Shown here piece after piece: positions 54,646 to 64,000 of a stretch of 64,000 nt of DNA. A model generated the notes under the pieces. That model was not told the DNA's origin. It worked only from the letters and a program-made list of their open reading frames with translations, and made no database searches. This stretch comes from Octopus sinensis (Eukaryota): positions 108,066,001 to 108,130,000 of the forward strand of contig NC_043005.1 of NCBI RefSeq assembly GCF_006345805.1, written 5' to 3'. Numbering within the stretch: the stretch's first letter is position 1; each line of letters starts with the position of its first letter. The position numbers were made by a program, and so were the translations under genes.

Positions 54646-56287
54646 GATGCCAGTCATATTTTCATACACATATTGCACCTGAAAATTTTTTATCTGAAAC
54701 TGCATGCTGAAACTAATATTGTTGTTCCCTGTGAGAATAATACTGACAAAAAAAAAGTGCGTATAGTTTATATCAATTTTAGTTTTTTTTTTATTACATA
54801 GTTGTCAGGAAATGGTCGTCACACCACTGTGACCTTCTCAATAATTCTAAATTTGCTATTTTTTGTGTTTGTTGTTTTGTTAAGATTCTAAGTTTGTTGT
54901 CACATTATTGCCATATTTTCCTTGTCTGTTTTTGTTTCTTCTTTTCATTTGCTTGGATTTGTAGCGTAGCTGATATCCTCACTGTTTGAGAGATATATTA
55001 GAAATAATTTCGTGTTAGAAAGCAACCATCTTCGGTTATTTTGACCCTGTTGTGTCCACTGCTCTGATTGGTTGACATTAGCGCAATTTGTCGCTTGACT
55101 TATTTCGCGCCAGTGTGTAAGCCATCCAATCACGGCCTTCGGATAAGGTCCCGTGGCACAGTCTTTTTGGGTTCTCACTGGAGCCTTTAGGAGGTCGTTT
55201 TCCCTACAGATTTGTTTCTTAGTGACAACGGAAGAACATAAGTTGTTAGACTGTGTGTCAGTGTGTGACTGTGTGATGGTTGAATCTAGCTGCTTTTATT
55301 CTATTTTATTCTTATTTTTGTATTATTATGCCTGATGTGACTGACGGTTACAGGTAACGGAGGTGTTGTTACATCATGCTTTCTACTGAGTTAGGAGTGA
55401 CTGGTCAGAAACCGTTTCCGGTATGTGTACTCCTGTAAATTTTTGTAGTGTTAGATCATTTGGACTTATGGAAGGAATTTTATACTTCAATTTTGTTTAT
55501 TAATCCATTGTATTTGTATAAGAAATGTTGATAGATTACCAATGGCATTGCATTCACGATTAGAATCCATATATGGGGAAGCATGCTAGTATGTAAGGGG
55601 CCTATCCCCTCAAGTTTAAGAATTTTTAATTCACTTCTGGAAGAATGCATTATTTCAGCCTGACTGTGTTTATAGCATCGTAGTCACGGGAAGCCCTCCC
55701 CACCCCCATGTAGTTGCGGGTGGGCTCACTTAGTCTCCAATATTTTTAGTCCCAGTCCGCCATTGGCTGCAATTTCCAAAATCCTAGCATTTGGTTAAAA
55801 ATATTGATGTCTTGAAATAAATGGTTTACCTTTTTACTAACACATACTCCACAGGGCCAGTTTGAAAGAAGACTGCCATGCGGTTATGTTGAAGCATGTT
55901 TAAGACTTGAGGGTGTGATTTTACATGTCATCTGTTATGTTTATTTTATGAAGTAAATTTGTTTAGAAGGCACTTTTGCATATTTTTTCCTCTTTGCTTA
56001 TACAAATAAATTTGTTGATAAAAATGTATCTTGCAACAATTCTCAAATAATTTTTTGAAGTCTTCACAATTTACATAAATGTATATAAGACTTGTCATCT
56101 GATTGCTAAAGATTAGATTCACTCTGCAATGCATTTCTTATTTTATGAAATTTTAATCAAAATATCTATCAACTCGTTTTGCAAGATTCCTGATGTGAAA
56201 TCGTGCGTTGAAACAGATATTGTTGCATTTCGGGATAGTCATTTTATTTATTTATTTATTTATTTATTATTATTATTATTAATATCA

Positions 56288-56327
<40 letters not shown>

Positions 56328-56652
56328 TTATTATTATTATTATATTATTATTATTATTACTATTATTATTTATCTATTTTTTTTTTGCTATCGTGTTAAA
56401 ATAATAAAATCACAGTGATAAATGTGTGAAGAAGAATTGTATAGTGCGTGTGCTTATTCGGCAAAAAAGTAAATAAAATGACCATCCCAAAATACAACAA
56501 TATAAATCAGTGCAGTTTTAGGACTATCTCTTTTATTTTTTACTAGGATTTGTAATTTAAATAATGGTTACCCTCGTTGAAAGTCAATATGCTTGCATAC
56601 ACAAATATACACAAACACATACATATACATACATTACATGCGCACACGCACG

Positions 56653-56799
56653 TATAAAGGTGGGCAAAAGTAGGTCTATAGTTGATTAAAATGAGTGGAA
56701 TGTTCTTTTCATTTCTTATCATAAAAAAGAAATAGAAAAACGAAAAGAATATTCACCTCAAATTAAGCAAAATATACCTACTTTTGCCCACCCAGTGTA
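56653..56799. mobile_element. Tc1/mariner-type MITE
   Basis: Perfect 17-bp inverted repeats ggtgggcaaaagtaggt (56659-56675) and acctacttttgcccacc (56776-56792), with TA at both ends. Confidence 0.85.
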
Positions 56800-56899
56800 G
56801 AAGAAATGGTGTCGAATAGTAATTATTCAAATGACCTTAAATCCAATTAAATTTTTTAACACAGTAATATTTGTATGATGAAGTTACGAGTCAGTCGCT

Positions 56900-57146
56900 A
56901 TGATAGATCGTTAGCCACTACACACATTTTTTTCTCTCTCTTTTTCTCTCCTTTTCCATCTCCTTTTTTCTTTCCTTTTGTCTCCCCTTTTTTCTCTCCT
57001 TGTTTCTTTCTGTATCCCTTTCTGTAGAAGAGCGTAGGCTCGAAACGTAAAAGACTTTTTCTATTCCTGAGCGTTATATTAATACATCTGTTTGTTTTGT
57101 ACACAACCTCTCTTCGTCTTTTTTTTTTTTCGTAAACTCTCCCTAC
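56900..57146 (+). mobile_element. Short non-coding repeat carrying a minimal hammerhead (solo pLTR-like); second copy at 49139-49335
   Basis: The two copies align end to end from atagatcg.tagccactacacaca to aactctcccta. Confidence 0.85.
57018..57053 (+). ncRNA. Minimal type I hammerhead, dimer-type, A6U core variant
   Basis: CUUU CUGUAGA A GAGC-GUAG-GCUC GAAAC GUA AAAG: 4-bp stem I, 4-bp stem II, loop-less palindromic ACGU stem III. Confidence 0.75.
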
Positions 57147-58410
57147 GTATTTTTGTATGTTGGAGGGATGTAGCCGCAAGTGTTATTTATTATTCTAGCT
57201 GTAGTAAAACAGAACAACTGAGTTAAAGTCTGGGTGAAATTGAAAGAAAAGCTCAATGACCACTTACATCTGACCAGCAGAATTATCTCCCTTGATTTTG
57301 TCGGAGGACATTTAGAGCATTAACCTCAAATATATTGCCATTTTGCAAATATATACTAAATATATTTTAATGTTCTAAAAGTTAAACATGATTTTTACCT
57401 ATAGAAATGTTTCTTTTTTATGTAACTCTTATGTAGCATAGCTCCAACTTATTTAAAAAGTGCTTCTTTATAAATACTATCTATCATAGATATGGTTTAG
57501 CAGAACGATTAGGAAGCTAACTGTTCAATTTATGGACAATGTAACGTTAATCTATTCGGATCAAATGACTCGTTAGGTTATCAGGTTAAAAGCTTTCTTT
57601 CATATATATATGATGTTGGCTCGAAAAGAACCTTTACTAAACTATTCACAGTATTAGTTAGTTAAAAGTAATGGCCCAACATTAAACTGGTCAAAAGATA
57701 TCTTATTTGTAAGCCCAATGCTAAATATAAACGCATTTCACTTATACTTATATCGAGTTACACACACTCTCCGCACGCACACAAACAAACATATGAATGT
57801 AAGCGTGTATTTTTGTTTTTCTATTGTGGTTTTGTTTTGTGAGATGTAAAGTTATATAGGGATTAATATACGCTGATTTTTTAAGTGCATGCTCTTACCT
57901 GATATTTTCTTATCGAACGAACATTCTCGGTTGGGATGGTGCAGTAATCACCATAAAATGTGTCCTTGAGAGCAATATCCTTAGCCCATTCAAATATGCA
58001 CAAATCATATTTTAAGATCGTTTTGTGTTGTAGTCCATGTCCCGTCTGCGATTTGATTTACATCTGATTAAATTACAATATCTTTTCATTTTTATATAAG
58101 AGTGGTAATCTTGTTCCAAATTTTATTGTTTATTTATATTATTTTTCACTTTATGTTCAACGGTGGCATTACATAATATACAATTGTGACGTTGCTTAAA
58201 TGTTTCCAGTGGATGACAAGGGAGTGTCTTGCGTCTAGCTGAACAGAGGACAAATATCTCAAGCTATTATGTTACGTAAACCATTGGTTTACCAGTTTTC
58301 TCATCAATGCTTCTTTTACAAATAGATCCATATACATGCACATCGTATGGAAGGGTGTCCGTTGATCTCGACGATGAGGAATAAGATTTTCGATCAACGG
58401 AATTACCCAC

Positions 58411-58822
58411 TTACTCTCTTTACTCTTTTACTTGTTTCAGTCATTTGACTGTGGCCATGCTGGAGCACCGCCTTTAGTCGAGCAAATCGACCCCAGGACT
58501 TATTCTTTGTAAGCCCAGTACTTATTCTATCGGTCTCAATTGCCGAACCGCTAAGTGACGGGAACGTAAACAGACCAGCATCGGTTGTCAAGCAATACTA
58601 GAGGGACAAACACAGACACACAAACATATACTCACTCATGCATACATATATATACATATATACGACAGGCTTCTTTCAGTTTCCGTCTACCAAATCCACT
58701 CACAAGGCTTTGGTCGGCCCCAGGCTATAGTAGAAGACACTTGCCCAAGATGCCACGCAGTAGGAATGAACCCGGAACCATGTGGTTGATAAGCAAGCTA
58801 CTTACCACATAGCCACTCCTGC
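58411..58822 (-). mobile_element. Full-length SINE family A
   Basis: Colinear with 16189-16595. Confidence 0.93.
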
Positions 58823-59533
58823 TGAATTGACTTGTAAATTTTTGAGCATTATGCTGACACATGTACCCTTAACGTAATTCTCGGGTAGAATCAGTGTGGT
58901 GCGGTGTGTAACAAGACTATTACCTTTAAATCACAGGAAAATCCATCTCAGAGGCTTTTGTATATTTTCTGTTTATCAAAGTTGATTCCAAATGTTACAG
59001 TCATCTTGAGGCAATAGAAAATGGCATTTGCCCAAGATTCCAAGTAGTGGGATTGAACCCAGGACCTAGCAGTCCCGAAGCAAACTTCAACATTTGTTCA
59101 ACTCCGCATGTGCATATACATATGCATGCTTAATGCACACACACATACGTATATGTAAATATGTATATATTTATACAGAAATAGGATAAAGGTATTATTT
59201 AATGATTTATTAGTGGCCAGCGTACTAACAAGACCATAATAATAAATTCATATTTAAGTTTAATTATGAAATATAATTATAAGGACACTGAAGCGACAAC
59301 GCCTGTGCGCTAGAAGTAAACCCCAAATGGCCTACAAACCACTTAAGTTGTTACTCCATTTCTACAAGGTTGTATGCAAGGAAAATGACCGCAAAATTTA
59401 TAAAATTTCGTGCGTTTTTCCCTCTTCAGTAGTAATAACTTAAGTGGCTTGTAGACTATTTGGGGTCTTCTTCTTGTGTACAGGCTTTGCTGCTTCAGCA
59501 CCCTTATTATATTTATACTATATAACTTCACTT

Positions 59534-59618
<85 letters not shown>

Positions 59619-59792
59619 AGTAGGTGAATGAATTATCCTATGTTTATCGTCAGCATGGAAAATTCGTTTAACCGAAACCTGGGTAGCAAATTCACGTCAG
59701 AATTTTGTTAACATCTTCGACTCCATTCTTTCATTTATATATATATATGAATAAATATATACTCTTTACTATATAAATATATATATATATAT

Positions 59793-60153
59793 ACTCTTTA
59801 CTCTTTTACTCTTTTACTTATTTCAGCCATTTGACTGTGGCCATGCCGGAGCACCGCCTTTAGTCGAGTAAATCGACCCCGGGACTTATTCTTTGTAAGC
59901 CCAGTACTTAGTCTAAGTGACGGGGACGTAAACACACCAGCATTGGTTGTCAAGCAATGCTAGGGGGACAAACACAGACACACAAACACATATATTTACA
60001 TATATACGACAAGCTTCTTTCAGTTTCCGACAAGGCTTTGGTCGGCCCGGGGCTATAGCAGAAGACACTTGCTCAAGATGCCACGCAGTGGGACTGAACC
60101 CGGAACCATGTGGTTTGTTAGCAAGCTACTTACCACACAGCCACTCCTGCGCC
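59793..60153 (-). mobile_element. SINE family A with two short internal deletions
   Basis: Colinear with 58411-58822. Confidence 0.9.
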
Positions 60154-62039
60154 TATATATATATACACATAAATGTCGATACACGCGCATTCTCATACAC
60201 TCACACACACGTGCGCACACATGCACAGATATATATGAATATTAGCACTGTCTCGTGTCTTAAGATTCATGGGGTCACTGAATCAGTTTCCAAAGTGCAT
60301 AAGTGTGATGAGATCAAGATATCCCCCTTCAATGGGATGACAGTCCATCGCAGGGCTGCTCATTCATATTGAGTGAACTGGAGCAAGATGAAAATGGAGT
60401 GTTTTCTTCAAGAATACAACTTGCCGCCCAGCTTGAGAATTGAAAGCACAATCTTGTGAGCAACACACTAACTGCTGGGCCACATGTATACATTAAATAT
60501 ATTTTTCATATCTGGAATATAAAAACTACGAGTGGGTTCAAAGTGTTTCTTTAGTTACAGTTTTTGGTACGGAGAAGCAGCCAGTTGAAGCATAACTCAA
60601 CTGGAACGCTGAACAACATCATCATTAACAACAACAACAACAACAACAGCAGTAGTAGCAGCAGCAGCATATTAAAATAATGATATACAATAGCGATATG
60701 TGGCTGGTTAGGCTGTTGTTCCAATTAAGTGGATATTTGATTAAAAAGCCAATCAAATAGTATTCTTTTTCCCGATATTAATAATTACATCAACACCAGA
60801 ACTCATTAACATTCTAATGTTTTTCCTTCACTTTATTGTCCGCCCATCGTGTCCTGTCTTACATATTATGGTTACCCCTTCGCACTCATTATCCAAATTT
60901 TGTTTTCCCTGTAACGTTTATCTCCTGTTACTATCAACTATACTCTATACATTGACATCAACAATGGCAAGAACAAATGTGCTAAATGAAATGAAGTGGT
61001 AACATAAACCACAATAACAACAACAACAGCAACAGTAACACTAGTTAATGATAATCTCCTGTATAGTCTCTATATTTAGAAATAGCAGCTAAATCTCTTT
61101 CAAATCACTTTCAACCTGTTTAGAAAAGAACACATTGGGTAACGTGGTCTCAAGATGCCTGCAGGTAGAAAGAGTAAAATAGATGGAATTATCAATCTTA
61201 GTTGACATGGAGCTAAAGAACAACAACAGCAGCTTAAGAAAGATCTTCAGTGTAAGGGTCTGAATTACAAAAAAAAGAAATAATAATAGACAAACATCTC
61301 TCAAATCACATATTACCATTTTTGTGAAGGACATTTTAGGTAAAATAGCCCGTGCATATTGTAGAAAGCTGAGACGGTCATGACTAAAGTGACTGATAAT
61401 AGGGCTGCTTGATTCAAGCTATCTTTTGGATGAATAAGAAGAAGCAATAATAAAAACCAATGAAAGATCTTGTACGTACTTGTAGGGCATACTAGAAATT
61501 AAAACATCTACCTCAAATTACAAACTTAACAGCTTAGAAGCAAAAGAACGCGTTGGTCAATGTAATACCAGTTGTGCAAAAAGAGGGGTGATTGTTATAG
61601 CTGGAAAGACTTTTATTATGATAGTAATGCCTGTAGCTACATATTTTGCATGTCAACATAGTAGTATATCTGTGTGTGATTGTATGTGTGTGAACAGTGT
61701 GTAGAGATTTTATAGCTCAATTAAGAGGTTCAAGATGTGAAGTGCTCAGGAACCTAGTAAAACTTCAACTAACTCTTATCATACAGTTCTTCCTCCCAGC
61801 TGATTCCTTCACTCTTTCATCTTCCTATTTCTAATCTTATATACATATGAATAACATAAGATAAACAGTTTTGACCCTTACAAAACAGGAATTTTATGGT
61901 ACTATTATTTTAACGATTTATTTTCTGTGCATAACTGTTAATCATAGCTGCTACTGAATTTGTCTAAAATTCAAAATGTCTCTGTGCCTTTAGCAGAGTC
62001 CATCTTACTGCAATCATTTACTCTTGACGGCCTTGTTAA

Positions 62040-62340
62040 GAATTCGTGGGCACTGTCCTTTCTCCAGACTTGAAGATGAAAATAAAGTTGTCTCTTATTC
62101 TTTGGCATTGGCTTGTCTCACACCATCTCCCCTCTGGTAATCCTAACCCAACTGATTCTCCTCTCCTCAGCCTCCATTTTGGGCTTAATTTCCAAATCTG
62201 AGATGCTGCACTGACCACGATGTCCAGTCCTTCCTCCTTTCCTAGAATGTCTTCCTTTTGGAATTCCTTCCTTACCCATGATTTCCTTGAAGCCATCAAC
62301 ATGCAGCTATGCAAAAAAAGTTGAACTACACCTGTTTCTT
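62040..62340 (+). mobile_element. Decayed CR1/Jockey-group LINE 3' end
   Basis: SSFPRMSSFWNSFLTHDFLEAINMQLCKK resembles the SFFPR..LWNSLP..F....LQ.FK terminal motif. Confidence 0.45.
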
Positions 62341-62839
62341 TGGTATAGAAGGGTCTATGAAACCCACGTCTGAACTCTTTCATCCAAAAAGCAATAAGTT
62401 TGTTCGTTTAATAGTCTAATGTTCCATTTTACATACTAGCATGCATCAGATAGGAAAGTATTTGATGCACATAAGAAACACTTTATTACTCACTCCCTAC
62501 AACAAAAAGCCAGCCTTTGTGATGCAGGTTTAGCAAAATTAAATACACAACAACATTATGAGAGATCTTCTGGGATTGTATGACTCGTATTTTTCTGAAA
62601 TTGTGGGCTTTGATTTAATGTTTTTCAAGTGTCAGGTGGGTGCAGTACCTGAGTACTTCCTTGATATGTGGGTAGCTTCAACAGAGTTCTATTTGTTAGA
62701 AACATTCAGACAAGTGTGGTAGATTGATAAAATTCCATTTTCGTCCCACCAGTCATTGAGACTCTGAGAATTGTAACAGACACTGGTCCCCTTCTGTTGA
62801 TGATAGCATTAATAAAGAATGGTGAATTTTCCCTTGTTA

Positions 62840-63205
62840 TCATCATCACCATCATCATCGTTTAACGTCCGTTTTCCATGCTAGCATGGGTTGGACGGTT
62901 CGACTGGGGTCTGGGAAGCCAGGAGGCTGCACCAGGCTCTAGTCTGATGTGGCAGTGTTTCTACAACTGGATGCCCTTCCTAACGCCAACCACTCCGAGA
63001 GTGTAGTGGGTGCTTTTTACGTCCCACTGGCACAGGTGCTAAGGGAGGTGGCAACAACCACGATCGGTTGATGGTTTTTATATGCCACCAACACGGAAGC
63101 CAGTCAAGGCGGCACTGGCATCGGCCATGTACGGATGGTGCTTTTTACGTGCCACCGGCACAGGTGCCAGGGTAGGCTGGCAATGGCCACGAACGGTTGG
63201 TGCCA
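62840..63205 (-). mobile_element. Family D element
   Basis: (cat)n gtttaacgtccg...ctggatgcccttcctaacgccaacc plus internal gtgccaccggcac repeats. Confidence 0.85.
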
Positions 63206-64000
63206 GAAATTGCTCATATAACTTTCTATGATGTTTTTGAATTCTCTTTCCTTGGAAATGATGCAAAACTGGATCAAGTATACAAATTTCTTGATTCAGA
63301 AGTCCTACAATCAAAGGCATTCCATCTGTGACCATTACATATATTTTGTAAACTTATAACTATGTGGTCTAATGTGTCCTTCTTTAGGATATCATTTCAA
63401 ACTTATTAGTATACTGCTATTTATAGCAGATCAAGAAACACTGTATAGAAACTCTGTTGTGAGTCCTTAGTTTCCTCTTGGCAGTTGTATCTACTTAATG
63501 CAACTTTACAAACTCTTAGTTCCCTTTAAATCACGGAAAGGGATGAATGTCATTGAATTTCATGTATTCTCACTTCTTCTATAAATCTGAAATCCTTTTG
63601 ATATTGTTAGCACTGAATTAATAAATTTTAAAGCAAGAGAGCACCTACAACAACAGCAAAAACAACAAAAGCAACAAAAACAACAAAATAATAATAATGA
63701 TAATAATAATAATGATAATAATAATAATGATAACTTGAATCGTTCTGAGAAGTAAAACGTTATATACTCCTCTTCTCACAAAATATCCTTGTTCCTCGCC
63801 AAAAGATAATAATAAAAAGTTGCAGAAACACACCAACAAATTGTATAAAAGAAGAAGAATAAAACAAAAGTAAAGAATGTAATGGAAGAAGAAGAAAATG
63901 GTAAAGTGTAAAACAAAGGAATGTGCTTGAAGAAACCATGAACAGACACAAGGAAAAGACATAGACCGAAGAACAAAGAACTCATGAAAGAAAAGGTTTA

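Overview
Gene-free, AT-rich, microsatellite-dense animal DNA, most likely Octopus or another coleoid cephalopod (inferred from the SINE families and repeat density, not from a database search). No host protein-coding exon could be supported; nearly all listed ORFs, including the 2202-aa one, are microsatellite or SINE artefacts. The window holds several tRNA-derived SINE families (labelled A, B, C, E here), a (GAT)n-tailed retroelement family (D), four mariner relics, two Penelope-like (PLE) relics, an RTE-type LINE 3' end, a non-autonomous Helitron, MITEs, a 6.6-kb (CAT)n array and a 28S rDNA fragment that starts at the R2 target site. The most interesting signal is a recurring PLE-type signature: minimal hammerhead-ribozyme motifs, several with palindromic stem III, and many fold-back duplications. 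One element (29215-29791) joins a tRNA-like Pol III head to a hammerhead-like tail and carries an inverted 5' duplication, making it a candidate SINE that parasitises Penelope-like retroelements. All folds and alignments were done by eye.
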